The notes: generated from the letters alone by a model not told the origin. A stretch of DNA of 64,000 nucleotides from Terriglobia bacterium (GCA_035946575.1 DASYZG010000025.1:4617-68616); one strand, 5' to 3'; positions 18,474 to 28,313 are shown, numbered from the stretch's first letter. Translations and numbers: made by a program.

Positions 18474-21125
18474 TCACTCGCAGCGCAGCGCCGCCAACGG
18501 ATCGATTCGCATGGCGCGCCGGGCTGGAATGTAGCTGGCGAGAAGCGCCACGCCCGCAAGCAGAGCGGCCACGGCGGCGAAGGTCATGGGGTCCATGGGA
18601 TGAACACCGAAGAGCAGGGTTCTGAGGAACCGGGTGAGAAAGAGCGCGCCGGTAAGGCCCAAAACGATTCCGGCGCCGGCACGGAGGGCTCCCTGCGCGA
18701 TCACGCTGCGCAGCACATCGCCGCTCCGGGCGCCGAGCGCCATCCGGATGCCGATCTCGTGCGTGCGTTGCGTGACCGTGTACGACATCACGCCGTAGAT
18801 CCCCACCGTGGCCAGCACGAGTGCGAGGCCGGCGAAGATCGCAAGCAGCGTGGTGTTGAATCGTGGCTCCGAGACGGAATTGTAGATGAGCTGCTCCATG
18901 CTGGCCACGTCATAGAGCGGCAGTTCCGGGTCCACGCTTTCGATGGCATGCCGCGCGGCCGGCACGGCGCTCAGCGGGTCGGAAGACGTCCGCAGGATCA
19001 ATGTCAGATAGGGCACGGGCAACTGCTCGTAGGGCAGGTAAATGGCGAGCGACGCCGACTTGTCGAGCCCGCGCTGCTTCACGTCCCCGACAACTCCGAC
19101 CACGGTGCACCATCCGGCGTTCGAAAAGCCGGCATCGACACGTTTGCCGACGGCCTGGCCGCGCGGCCAGAGCCGTCTCGCCAGGCTTTCACTGACGATC
19201 ATCACGTGGCGGCTCGAGCGGTTGTCCTGGTCGGTGAAGTACCGGCCGCTGCGCAGGGCGATACCGGCGGCGCGAAAGTAGTCGCCTCCGACCACGTGCT
19301 TCCCCGGCTCGATGGGCGGCGCACCGGGCGCCGTAGGGGGCGCGCCCTCCACGGTGATGTCGCCCCGAATATAAATGCTGCCGAGCGGCAGGCCCAGGAT
19401 TGCTCCCGTGGCGCGCGAGCCCGGGAGGGCGCTCAGGCGATCGAGCGCCTGCCGCTCAAAGGCGATCATCTCAGCCGGCGTCTGGTAGCGCGATTCCGGC
19501 AGCTGCAGGTTCATCGTAAGCACGTTCGCCGGGGCAAAGCCGGGATCGACGTTCACCAAAGCCAGGAAGCTGCGGATCAGCAACCCCGCGCCCACCAGGA
19601 TCACCAGAGCCAGGGCCACTTCGCCGGCGACGAGCAGATCCTGGAAGCGCCCGCGCTGGGTGCCCGAATCCGAAGCGCGCTGCTTCATCCCACCAGCGAC
19701 GTCGGGACGCGACGCGCGCAGTGCCGGCGCGAGGCCGAACAGCAATCCGGTCAGCAGCGAAAGCCCCAGCGTAAAGCCGATCACCCAGCCGTCGATGCCG
19801 GCCGCGGCGATGCGCGCGGCTCCGGTAGGCGAACCGAGACCGTGAGGCAAGTGCGACGCCGCCGAGGCGATCAGCGGGTAACCGCCGTAGGCCAGCAACA
19901 ATCCCAGCGCGCCGCCGAGGACGCCGAGCAGCGTGCTCTCGGTGATCATCTGGCGGACGACTCGTGCGCGGCCTGCGCCGAGCGCGCTGCGGATGGCGAT
20001 CTCACGCTGCCGCGTGGCCGAGCGCGCCACGAGCAGGTTGGCAACGTTGACACAGGCGATGAGCAGCACCAGACCCACAGCGCCGAGCAGCACGAGCAGC
20101 GGCGTTCTGAAATCGCCGGCGATTTCGTAGCTGAGAGGCATCAGCGTGACCACAGGTTGCTTGGGTCGTCCATCCTTGCGGTCCAGCGCGGCGCTCAGCA
20201 CGCCGACCTCGCTTCGGGCCTGCTCCAGCGGCACGCCGGCCTGAAGCCTGACCAGCACCCGCATGCCCTCGTTATGACAATCGCTGCCCAGCACCAGCGG
20301 CGTCCAGAAATCCGACTCGTTCGGGAATCCAAAGCCCGGTGGCATCACGCCCGCAACGGTGAAGAATTGACCGTCCAGCTTGACGGATTGACCTACCACC
20401 CCGCGATCGGCGGCGAAGCGGCTCCGCCACAGTCTGTCGCTCAGCAGAATCACCCGGGCATTGGCCGATTGCTGGTCAGAGGCCGAGAAGTTGCGGCCGA
20501 ACGCCGGCCCCACGCCGAGCAACGGGAAGAGACCGGAGGTTATCTCCGCGCCGATCAGGCGCTCGGGCGTGCCGCGTCCGGTGAAGTTCGCCGGAAGCGG
20601 CGCGAATCCACTGACACTGGCGAACAAGCGCGTCTGCCTGCTCCATTCCGCGTAGTCCGGCCCGCAAACCGCGGCCGGGCCCGAGTACACCACGCCCTGC
20701 CCGGTGCTGACCCACAACGTCAGGATTCCATCGGCATCGCGGAAGGGCAGTGGATGGAGGATCACAGCGTTAACGGCGCTGAAGATCACAGCATTCGCCC
20801 CGATGCCGAGCGCCATGGTGAGAATCGCAATCACGGCGAAGCCCGGGCTGCGGCGGAGCTGGCGCCAGCTATAGCGGAGGTCCTGCCCCAGCCGGTCGAG
20901 CCAGAGCCATCCCCACGCCTCGCGGCCCTGCTCGCGCAGCAGCAGGCTGTTGCCGAATTCGCGCTCGGCGGCGAATCGAGCTTCGTCGGGCAGGAGCCCT
21001 TGCTCGACACCGCTCTGCGCCTTCATCTCCAGATGGTGCCGGATCTCTTCGTCGAGTTCGCGATGAAGCCGGCCGCGGCGGAAGGCAGTGGCCAATCGTC
21101 GGAGGGTTTCACCGATCCAATTCAT
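18474..21125 (-). CDS. ADOP-family duplicated orphan permease (MacB/FtsX-like, two 4-TM modules)
   Basis: N-terminus 'RLHRELDEEIRHHLEMKAQ...EREFGNSLLLREQGRE...LRYSWRQLRRSPGFA' is the characteristic ADOP leader. 883 aa with duplicated FtsX-type permease domains. Confidence 0.9.
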   Translation of the reverse strand: MNWIGETLRRLATAFRRGRLHRELDEEIRHHLEMKAQSGVEQGLLPDEARFAAEREFGNSLLLREQGREAWGWLWLDRLGQDLRYSWRQLRRSPGFAVIAILTMALGIGANAVIFSAVNAVILHPLPFRDADGILTLWVSTGQGVVYSGPAAVCGPDYAEWSRQTRLFASVSGFAPLPANFTGRGTPERLIGAEITSGLFPLLGVGPAFGRNFSASDQQSANARVILLSDRLWRSRFAADRGVVGQSVKLDGQFFTVAGVMPPGFGFPNESDFWTPLVLGSDCHNEGMRVLVRLQAGVPLEQARSEVGVLSAALDRKDGRPKQPVVTLMPLSYEIAGDFRTPLLVLLGAVGLVLLIACVNVANLLVARSATRQREIAIRSALGAGRARVVRQMITESTLLGVLGGALGLLLAYGGYPLIASAASHLPHGLGSPTGAARIAAAGIDGWVIGFTLGLSLLTGLLFGLAPALRASRPDVAGGMKQRASDSGTQRGRFQDLLVAGEVALALVILVGAGLLIRSFLALVNVDPGFAPANVLTMNLQLPESRYQTPAEMIAFERQALDRLSALPGSRATGAILGLPLGSIYIRGDITVEGAPPTAPGAPPIEPGKHVVGGDYFRAAGIALRSGRYFTDQDNRSSRHVMIVSESLARRLWPRGQAVGKRVDAGFSNAGWCTVVGVVGDVKQRGLDKSASLAIYLPYEQLPVPYLTLILRTSSDPLSAVPAARHAIESVDPELPLYDVASMEQLIYNSVSEPRFNTTLLAIFAGLALVLATVGIYGVMSYTVTQRTHEIGIRMALGARSGDVLRSVIAQGALRAGAGIVLGLTGALFLTRFLRTLLFGVHPMDPMTFAAVAALLAGVALLASYIPARRAMRIDPLAALRCE

Positions 21126-21263
21126 TGCCGGCTCCTTTATTGCGCCTGTTCTGCCAGCAGCCTCACCACAGAGAGCACGGAGAGCACGGAGGAGCCAACG
21201 GTTTGCGCTCTCGAGTCTCTAAGCAAAGCCGTTGAGGGCATCGGTGCTAAAGCAAGCACTTCA

Positions 21264-23993
21264 CTAATCGCATCGCAGTGCCACCGTGGGCTCGACCTCC
21301 GAGGCCCGGCGTGCCGGGAAATAGCACGACGCCAGCGCAACCAGCAACACGGCGACGGGCGTGCCGGCCAGAATCCAACCGCTATGGATGCTGACCCAGC
21401 CTTGGAAACTCGCGTTGATAAGGCGCGGCAGGGCGAGCGAGATCAGAAATCCCACGCCCACACCCGCCACAATCATGGGTGTCGAACCGCGCAGGACAAG
21501 CAGCAGCACCTCGCGACGCCGGGCTCCGAGCGCCATGCGCACGCCCAGTTCGTGGGTGCGCCGGCCGACCAGATACCCGATCAGGCCATAGATCCCGACC
21601 GCGGCCATCACCAGCGCGATGACCGCGAAGGCGCCCATCAGATCGGCCATAACGTCGTCGCCCTGTCCGGAGTCATGGAGCACGCGGTCCATGGTCCTGA
21701 TGTTGGTCACAGGCTGGTCTTTGTCCACGCCCCACACGGCCTGGCGCAGCGAGGACGCGAAAGCGGCGGGGTCAGTGCGAACCCGAACCACCAGGTCCAT
21801 CGACCCGTCGGACGCCTGAAGAAACGGAACGAACACGTGAGGCCGCCAGGTGGTCTGCCCGACGTACTCGTTCACATCGCCTACAACGCCTACGATCCGG
21901 CGCCACGAAGCCTGCTGCGAATTCGGAAGCTCCGCTGCCGTCGCCGGGCCTCCTTCCGGGCTGAGGCTGATGTAGCCTCCCAGCGCTCCGTTCGAAAAGA
22001 ACTTCCGGGCGAAGGCCTCGTTGACGATTACCACCGGATTCGAGCTGGCGTCGTCCGCCGGCGTAAACTCCCGGCCTGCGCGCAACGGAGTCTGCGTCGT
22101 GTGGAAGTAACCCGGGCTGACGGCGAAATAGCCCGCAAAGGACTCCCTCCAATCCCTGGAATCCCGCCGGGATGCCGGTCTCCCTTCGATCAGGAAATGT
22201 GCGCGGCCTGGAAACGTATAGGGAAGATCGCTGGTAACCGCCGCGGAGTCCACCTCGGGAGAGTCAGCCAACCTGTGAAGCACGCCCTGAAAGAAAGCAA
22301 GCTGGTGCGCCGGGTCTTGATAGAACTTGCCTGTCAACGAGATGGTCGCCGTAAGCACGTGGTGCGGATTCATGCCCGGCTTCGACCGCATCTCCTCGAT
22401 GAAGTTGTTGACGAAGAGACCGGCGCCCACCAGAAGGACGAGCGAGAGAGCGAGTTGCCCGGCCACCAGCAGGTTCTGCAGGCGATGATGCTCGCGGCCC
22501 GCGGTTGTCGATCTCGAACCTTCCTTGAGGGCCGAATTAGGATCGCGGCGCGAGAGCTGGAAGGCGGGCGCCAGGCCAAAGACGAAGGCTGTGACCAGGG
22601 AGACCGCGAGGGTGAACAGCAGCACGTTGCCGTCGATGGACAACTGTTCCGCGATCAGGATCGACCACTCATTCCAGTTGAACAGGCGGCCGAGCAGGTG
22701 CAGGCCCCAGGTCGCGAAGAGCAGCCCCAGACCGCCGCCAAGGAGCGCCAGGAGAAGGCACTCGGAGAGCAGTTGCCGCACGACGCGGAGCCTTCCGGCG
22801 CCAAGGGCCGCGCGAATGGCGAATTCACGGTGACGGTTGGCGTTGCGCGCCAGAAGCAGATTGGCGAGGTTCGCGCAGGCAATGAGGAGCACGAACCCCA
22901 CAGCAGCCATCAGAAAAGCCAGCGCCGGCCCGGCGCTGCTTTCCTGGATTGCGTACTCCTGGAGAGTAAGGACGTTCGCTCCCCAATCCTTGCTGCTTTG
23001 CGGATGGGTGGCTGCGATTCGCCGGGCGATGGTCCCGAGCTCGGATCGCGCCTGCACCTCGCTTGCGCCGGGCTTCAGGCGTCCGAACACACTGAGGCTG
23101 CGTTGCGCGCGCCCGGCAGCGCTCAACTGTGCGGGCGTGAAGGTCAGGGGAATCCAGAGCTGCTCGGGAAACATCCAGAGCTGCCGCAAAGTGTCCGGCA
23201 TGACGCCGATCACGGTGTAGGCCTCTCCATTGACCTTCACCGTGCGGCCGAGAACACGCGGATCGCCGCCGAAGCTCCGTTTCCACAAATCGGCGCGCAA
23301 CACCATCACGCGGTCGTGACCGGCCCGATCCTCCCCCGGCAGGAAGGCTCGCCCGAGCAGCGGGGACACACCCAGCACCTCAAAGTAGTTTGCGGACACC
23401 TCTCCGCCCGGCACGCGCTCAGGTTCACTGCCTCCGCTCAGAGTGACGTGGGCATCGTCTTCGAACGAGGAGGAGGCCGTGATGGCCGAGAAAGAGGTGG
23501 CCTCTGCGCGCCAGTCCAGGAAATCAGGGGGCGATACGGGCGAGCGGCTGGCCACGTCGCCGGCCCCAAGATTTCTGCTGAACAACATCATCAGCCGGTC
23601 GGGGTCATGGACCGGAGGTTTGCGGAGCAGCATGGTGCTGATCACGCTGAAAATCACGCTATTGACCCCGATACCGAGCGCCAGCGTCAGCACTGCTACC
23701 GAGGCAAACCCGGGGTTGACGACCAGCATCCGCAGGCCGAAGCGCAGATCGGCGGCGAACTGCTCGACCCATCGATGGACCCAGAAATCACGGCTCTGTT
23801 CGCGGAGCAACAGCGGGTTGCCGAATTCACGCCGGGCGGCGTAGCGAGCTTCGTCGGGCGCAAGACCCTCCTGAAGATGCGTCCGGGTCTTAAGCTCGAG
23901 GTGAGTGCGCATCTCTTCGTCGAGCTCTCGATGGAACTCCTCGCTTCGCCCGAAGAATCTAAGACGCCGTCCCAGCTCACCCAGCCAAGCCAT
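21264..23993 (-). CDS. ADOP-family duplicated orphan permease (second copy)
   Basis: Start set to the ATG at 23991-23993 (MAWLGELGRRLRFF...). Same leader pattern 'FHRELDEEMRTHLELKTR...REFGNPLLLREQSRD...LRFGLRMLVVNPGFA'. Confidence 0.9.
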   Translation of the reverse strand: MAWLGELGRRLRFFGRSEEFHRELDEEMRTHLELKTRTHLQEGLAPDEARYAARREFGNPLLLREQSRDFWVHRWVEQFAADLRFGLRMLVVNPGFASVAVLTLALGIGVNSVIFSVISTMLLRKPPVHDPDRLMMLFSRNLGAGDVASRSPVSPPDFLDWRAEATSFSAITASSSFEDDAHVTLSGGSEPERVPGGEVSANYFEVLGVSPLLGRAFLPGEDRAGHDRVMVLRADLWKRSFGGDPRVLGRTVKVNGEAYTVIGVMPDTLRQLWMFPEQLWIPLTFTPAQLSAAGRAQRSLSVFGRLKPGASEVQARSELGTIARRIAATHPQSSKDWGANVLTLQEYAIQESSAGPALAFLMAAVGFVLLIACANLANLLLARNANRHREFAIRAALGAGRLRVVRQLLSECLLLALLGGGLGLLFATWGLHLLGRLFNWNEWSILIAEQLSIDGNVLLFTLAVSLVTAFVFGLAPAFQLSRRDPNSALKEGSRSTTAGREHHRLQNLLVAGQLALSLVLLVGAGLFVNNFIEEMRSKPGMNPHHVLTATISLTGKFYQDPAHQLAFFQGVLHRLADSPEVDSAAVTSDLPYTFPGRAHFLIEGRPASRRDSRDWRESFAGYFAVSPGYFHTTQTPLRAGREFTPADDASSNPVVIVNEAFARKFFSNGALGGYISLSPEGGPATAAELPNSQQASWRRIVGVVGDVNEYVGQTTWRPHVFVPFLQASDGSMDLVVRVRTDPAAFASSLRQAVWGVDKDQPVTNIRTMDRVLHDSGQGDDVMADLMGAFAVIALVMAAVGIYGLIGYLVGRRTHELGVRMALGARRREVLLLVLRGSTPMIVAGVGVGFLISLALPRLINASFQGWVSIHSGWILAGTPVAVLLVALASCYFPARRASEVEPTVALRCD

Positions 23994-24053
23994 GCCGTCA
24001 CCCCGCTTGCCAGCCGTCACTTGTCACTCGTCCCTTGTCACTTTCGCCCGGAT

Positions 24054-24398
24054 TCACGCCGTTTCGAGCACGCGCACAATCGCCTGCATGACCCGGTCGA
24101 ATTCAGAGACTTCGGCGCCAAGCTGCTTGCGGCCGGCGGGAGTCAACCGGTAGAAGCGCGCGCGCCGGTTGGTCTCCGATGTCTTCCATTCCGCCACCAC
24201 CCAGCCCTTGATCAGCATTCGCTGCAAGGCGGGATAGAGCGACCCTTCTTCCACCTGGAGCACGTCCTCGGAGAGTTGATGAATCCGCTGCGCGATACCA
24301 TAACCGTGCCGCGGCCCCGCCTCGAGAGTCTTGAGGATAAGCATGTACAGAGTACCCGGCGGGATTTCGCTCTTCGAATCGTGGATCGGCTTTGCCAT
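24054..24398 (-). CDS. PadR family transcriptional regulator
   Basis: 114 aa. 'GTLYMLILKTLEAGPRHGYGIAQRIHQLSEDVLQVEEGSLYPALQRMLIKGWV...RRARFYRLTPAGRKQL' is the canonical PadR winged helix. First gene of the PadR-ADOP-ADOP string. Confidence 0.9.
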   Translation of the reverse strand: MAKPIHDSKSEIPPGTLYMLILKTLEAGPRHGYGIAQRIHQLSEDVLQVEEGSLYPALQRMLIKGWVVAEWKTSETNRRARFYRLTPAGRKQLGAEVSEFDRVMQAIVRVLETA

Positions 24399-24427
24399 CA
24401 GTTTCTCCGCCCCATAGATTCCCTAGA

Positions 24428-24442
24428 CATAGGTAGACTATG
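24428..24442. promoter_or_regulatory. candidate PadR operator palindrome
   Basis: 'CATAG-gtaga-CTATG', 30 nt upstream of the padR ATG, inside a larger imperfect palindrome (24422-24448). No experimental or comparative support. Confidence 0.3.
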
Positions 24443-24521
24443 CTTAGGTTGGCGCTGAATGTCAAGAGGATTTTGGGGGCGACTCCAGCCGCCGGGCGGA
24501 AGGGGGGAACCGGGTGCGCGG

Positions 24522-24567
24522 AAAAAAGAAGCCGGGTCCAAGCTCGCGCGCGAGCTTGAAACCCGGC
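24522..24567 (-). terminator. Rho-independent terminator candidate for the small Lys-rich gene
   Basis: The minus strand reads gccgggtttcaagctcgcgcgcgagcttggacccggc, followed by cttctttttt. Confidence 0.5.
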
Positions 24568-24593
24568 ATGACCTGCTCGAATTGAAGAACCCG

Positions 24594-24788
24594 TTACTGC
24601 TGCGGAGCAGCCTCGGTCTTGCTCTTCTTCGCCTTCTTGGCCTTGTGCGTCTTGGCTTTCTTCTCTTTCTTACCGCTGGACATCGACTGATCGGACGACT
24701 GGGCTGCGCCAGAATCCTGAGCGAACACAGGCAGAGCCAGCGAAACCGTCAGGGCCGCAGCGAAAAGCAGAGTGAACAACTTCTTCAT
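24594..24788 (-). CDS. small secreted lysine-rich protein (64 aa)
   Basis: ATG at 24786-24788 preceded by GGAGG. Signal peptide 'MKKLFTLLFAAALTVSLALPVFA', then 'SSGKKEKKAKTHKAKKAKKSK'. A terminator candidate lies downstream. Confidence 0.55.
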   Translation of the reverse strand: MKKLFTLLFAAALTVSLALPVFAQDSGAAQSSDQSMSSGKKEKKAKTHKAKKAKKSKTEAAPQQ

Positions 24789-25090
24789 AGGGGTCAGACC
24801 TCCTTGGATTTTACAGCCACCGCGCTGGTAGCATGGGTCTTGCCAAACCGAAGCCGTGAGGGTGAATTTAATCACAACCCAAATGGAGACAGCGGGTTAG
24901 GTCTGCGATGCTGATGATCATCTGATTCGTCGTCTTACACCCCGGTCGTTGGGAAGCGCGGGCCGCTGCACGAGATCGTGTATCGCATACCAAATAAGAC
25001 GGCAGGCCGTGCCGGAATATCGGCACCCGCTCCGCTGGAGCAGCAGCCGGCGTTGACCTTGAATCCTTGGAGTCGTAGCATCGAAACCAT

Positions 25091-26284
25091 ATGTCGGACT
25101 TTAACGCCGTGGTGATCGGCGCCGGGAGCTTCGGCGCCTGGACCGCTCTGGCATTGCGGCGCCGCGGATATCGCGTCCTGCTGCTCGACGCCTGGGGCCC
25201 GGCGCACAGTCGCGCCAGTTCGGGGGGCGAGTCGCGGATCATCCGCATGGGTTACGGCGCGAACAGCGTCTACACCCGGTGGTCGATGCGCTCCCTGGCC
25301 CTGTGGCAGGATTTGTTCGCGCGTACCGGACGCCCGCTCTTTCATCGCACGGGCGTCTTGTGGATCAGTCATCCGGGCGACGAGTATAACTCCCGAAACC
25401 TGGCGGAGTTTGAAGCTGCCGGCATCCCACACGAGACGTTTTCGCAGACCGATCTTGCTCACCACTATCCCCAGATGTCTCTCGACCCCGCCACCACCTG
25501 GGGCCTGTTCGAACCCGAGAGTGGCGTGTTGATAGCGCGACGCGCGGTAGCAACGGTGGTGGAAGAAGCCAACCGTCAAGGCGTCGAATATCGGCGCGCG
25601 GCCGTGCAGCCCCCAGCCGACACGAGGACGGATCCAGCGCCGGCAAAAGGAGGATCAAAGAGCCGTCTTGAGAGGATCACCACCGTTGATGGCGAGTCCG
25701 TTTCCGCGGACAGGGACGGAATCTATGTGTTCGCCTGCGGGCCGTGGCTCGGCAAGCTCTTTCCCGCTCTGCTGGGCGAGCGGATATTCGTCACGCGGCA
25801 AGAGGTCTTCTTCTTCGGAACCCCGCCCGGGGACCGGCGCTTCGCGCCAGGCGCCCTTCCCACCTGGATCGACCTGGCGCACGAGTCGTATGGCATGCCG
25901 GATCTCGAAGACCGCGGGCTGAAAGTGGGCCTCGACCGGCACGGACCAGCGTTCGATCCCGACACCGGCAGCCGCCAGCCTTCGCCGGACCTCATCGGCC
26001 AGGTACGGGATTACCTCGCGCGACGCTTCCCCGCCCTCGCCGACGCGCCTCTGGTCGAATCGCGCGTCTGCCAGTACGAGAACACTTCCAGCGGTGACTT
26101 CCTGCTCGACCGGCACCCGACGTTCGAGAACGTCTGGCTGGCGGGCGGCGGATCGGGGCATGGATTCAAGCACGGGCCCGCGGTCGGCGAGTATCTGGCC
26201 GGCCGGATCATCGACGGCGCCCCCGGCGAGGCTCGATTCAGCCTGGAGACAAAGCAAGTGGTCCAGCAGCGGGCAATCTTCTAG
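25091..26284 (+). CDS. FAD-dependent oxidoreductase (DAO family, sarcosine/amino-acid oxidase-like)
   Basis: N-terminal Rossmann 'FNAVVIGAGSFGAWTALALRRRGYRVLLLD', 'SSGGESRIIR', C-terminal 'GGGSGHGFKHGP'. Confidence 0.85.
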   Translation: MSDFNAVVIGAGSFGAWTALALRRRGYRVLLLDAWGPAHSRASSGGESRIIRMGYGANSVYTRWSMRSLALWQDLFARTGRPLFHRTGVLWISHPGDEYNSRNLAEFEAAGIPHETFSQTDLAHHYPQMSLDPATTWGLFEPESGVLIARRAVATVVEEANRQGVEYRRAAVQPPADTRTDPAPAKGGSKSRLERITTVDGESVSADRDGIYVFACGPWLGKLFPALLGERIFVTRQEVFFFGTPPGDRRFAPGALPTWIDLAHESYGMPDLEDRGLKVGLDRHGPAFDPDTGSRQPSPDLIGQVRDYLARRFPALADAPLVESRVCQYENTSSGDFLLDRHPTFENVWLAGGGSGHGFKHGPAVGEYLAGRIIDGAPGEARFSLETKQVVQQRAIF

Positions 26285-26290
26285 CTGCAG

Positions 26291-27031
26291 CTACAGCACC
26301 GACTGTCCGCCGTCGACTGGAATCACCTGGCCGGTTATGAATTCCGCCGTGGTGGCCAGGAAGAGGACCGCCGCGGCCACGTCCTCAGGTCGTCCGGACT
26401 TGCGGAGCGGCGTCAGCGGGATGGACGCCCTTTGTCCTGGGCTCGGCTTCTCACCGGGAAACAAGATCGTGCCCGGCGCCACGCTGTTGACCACGATCGT
26501 CGGGCCGAGCGCCTTCGCCAGGCACCGCGTCAGCATGATGAGTCCGGCCTTGGAGCTGCAATAGTGCATGTACGTTGGCCAGGCACGCAGACCGCCGAGC
26601 GACGAGATATTGATGATCCGGCCCTGACCCTGACGCATCATGATCCGCGCCGCTGCCTGCGCGCAGAAGAACGGGCCCTTCAGGTTCGCGCCCAGGACGC
26701 GATCCCAATCGCGCTCGCGCAGCTTGTCCCACGGCGCGGGGAAGAAGACACCGGCGTTGTTCACCAGCACGTCCAGACGTCCGAACCGGCGCTCGATCGC
26801 GCGGAACATGGCGCGGACCTCACCCGGCCGCGACACATCGGCCTGCAGCGCGACCGCATCGACGCCAAGCGCGCGGATCTCGCGCACGGTATCGCGCGCC
26901 GCGGCGGCGGACCGGTTATAATTCACCACGACGTCCGCGCCGGCCCGCGCCAGTTCGAGCGCGATCACCCGGCCGAGGCGGCGACCGGCGCCGGTGACGC
27001 AGGTCACGTTTTTGCACAATCTCGCAGACAT
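26291..27031 (-). CDS. SDR-family oxidoreductase
   Basis: 'VTGAGRRLGRVIA' (TGxxxGxG), 'NNAG', and the catalytic 'YCSSK' (YxxxK). Confidence 0.9.
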   Translation of the reverse strand: MSARLCKNVTCVTGAGRRLGRVIALELARAGADVVVNYNRSAAAARDTVREIRALGVDAVALQADVSRPGEVRAMFRAIERRFGRLDVLVNNAGVFFPAPWDKLRERDWDRVLGANLKGPFFCAQAAARIMMRQGQGRIINISSLGGLRAWPTYMHYCSSKAGLIMLTRCLAKALGPTIVVNSVAPGTILFPGEKPSPGQRASIPLTPLRKSGRPEDVAAAVLFLATTAEFITGQVIPVDGGQSVL

Positions 27032-27199
27032 GAGATTTCAAGGGGTCGAATTTTTAACGCTTCAGGCATTACCTGCTCGATTTAAATGCTTGATTTTCCG
27101 TGATTCCGAACTGTCGAAAACCAGCGTGTTTTTGGCGTTTTGGGCGCAAAAAAGAGCCGTTTTTCGCCTCTTTCCGCTGAAATACGAGTCTAACATCCT

Positions 27200-27913
27200 A
27201 TGAAACTCGACTTGCTGGCAATTGCGGCGCATCGTGACGACATCGAACTGACGTGCGGGGGCACGGTGATCAAGATGGTTGAGGAAGGCTACCGCGTTGG
27301 CGCCCTCGACCTCTCCGCGGGCGAGTCCGGCACGCGGGGCAGCGCCGCCCTGCGCGCCCGCGAGGCGGAGAAAGCCGCCAAAGTGATGGGCCTGGTTTAT
27401 CGCGAGAACCTGGGCCTGCCCGACGCCGCCATCGAGAACGTGCGCGCTTACAAGATGAAGATCGCGGAGAAGATCCGCGAGCTGCAGCCGCGCACCGTGA
27501 TCCTGCCCTACTGGGAGGGCCGCCATCCCGACCACTACACTACGGGGCAGATCGGCTACGAGGCCTGCTTCCTGGCCGGCCTCGAGAAACTACCGATCCC
27601 GGGCGCGCCCCACCGGCCGTTCAAGATCGTCTACGCCTCGGTCTACGTCCCGGCCGTGGTGCCGAATTTCGTGGTGGACGTTACCGGCCAGTTCGAAAAG
27701 AAGCTGAAGTCCATCCTCTGCTACGGGTCGCAGTTTTCCGCCGACAAAGACACGCGCAACCTGTTCCCTTCCCGCAAAGACTTGCGCGAACGCGTCGGAT
27801 CGCTGGCGCGTCACTTCGGATTGATGATCGGCGCGCGCTACGGCGAGCCCTTCGTCACCCGCGAGGTGGCGGCCGTGGACGACGTGGTCACCATGCCGGT
27901 GCGGTCGGTATAG
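27200..27913 (+). CDS. bshB1: bacillithiol biosynthesis deacetylase BshB1 (PIG-L/LmbE family)
   Basis: 'LLAIAAHRDDIELTCGGTVIKMVEEGYRVGALDLSAGESGTRGS' and 'GRHPDH' are LmbE/BshB1 signatures. Confidence 0.8.
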   Translation: MKLDLLAIAAHRDDIELTCGGTVIKMVEEGYRVGALDLSAGESGTRGSAALRAREAEKAAKVMGLVYRENLGLPDAAIENVRAYKMKIAEKIRELQPRTVILPYWEGRHPDHYTTGQIGYEACFLAGLEKLPIPGAPHRPFKIVYASVYVPAVVPNFVVDVTGQFEKKLKSILCYGSQFSADKDTRNLFPSRKDLRERVGSLARHFGLMIGARYGEPFVTREVAAVDDVVTMPVRSV

Positions 27914-27988
27914 TGCCTCGTAGGACATGTCTGAACGGCAATGCTCGACTGTCAACCGCTGACTTTTGCCCGGAGGGCAACGCCGCGA

Positions 27989-28025
27989 GTAGCCGTAGGT
28001 GGAGCGCAGCGGAACCTACGGCTAC
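27989..28025. repeat. REP-like hairpin (11-bp stem gtagccgtagg / cctacggctac)
   Basis: Perfect 11-bp inverted repeat around 'tggagcgcagcggaa', read directly from the sequence. Confidence 0.7.
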
Positions 28026-28071
28026 GGGTCGCAAGAATTGAGTGACGGCCGTGAAAGGGTCGGACAACCGC

Positions 28072-28170
28072 TCAAAGCATGTAACGTTCATCAAATTCGA
28101 TTCCAGCTTCAACCAATAATTTCCTGTATTCCTCTGCGAACGTCGCCCTGACAGGGTTCCGAAACTTTTT
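28072..28170 (-). pseudogene. possible remnant of a REP-associated (RAYT/IS200-like, COG1943-type) transposase C-terminus
   Basis: Stop-bounded 32-aa fragment 'KKFRNPVRATFAEEYRKLLVEAGIEFDERYML'. The 'NPVRA..(A)EEYR' spacing recalls 'NPVRAGLV..AEDYRWSS'. Upstream frames are broken. It is flanked by REP-type hairpins. Very short, so weak. Confidence 0.25.
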
Positions 28171-28313
28171 TCAACAAACTGTTAAACCTGCGAGGGCGTT
28201 ACGTGGATCAAGGTCGTGAAGACCGAAGAAGATTCGTTTCCGGCCGGGATGGCCTCATGGGCTGGCTGGCGCATCAGACCTTGCTTTTCAGGTCCGTGAC
28301 GGCAACACTTCGG

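Noticed and set aside
18387-24458. 2023-aa ORF on the + strand, the longest ORF in the track
   Set aside because: It is antisense to two ADOP permease genes and padR, all of which have clear family motifs. Its translation is Arg/Gly/His/Gln-rich low complexity with no recognisable domain. This is a typical high-GC shadow ORF.
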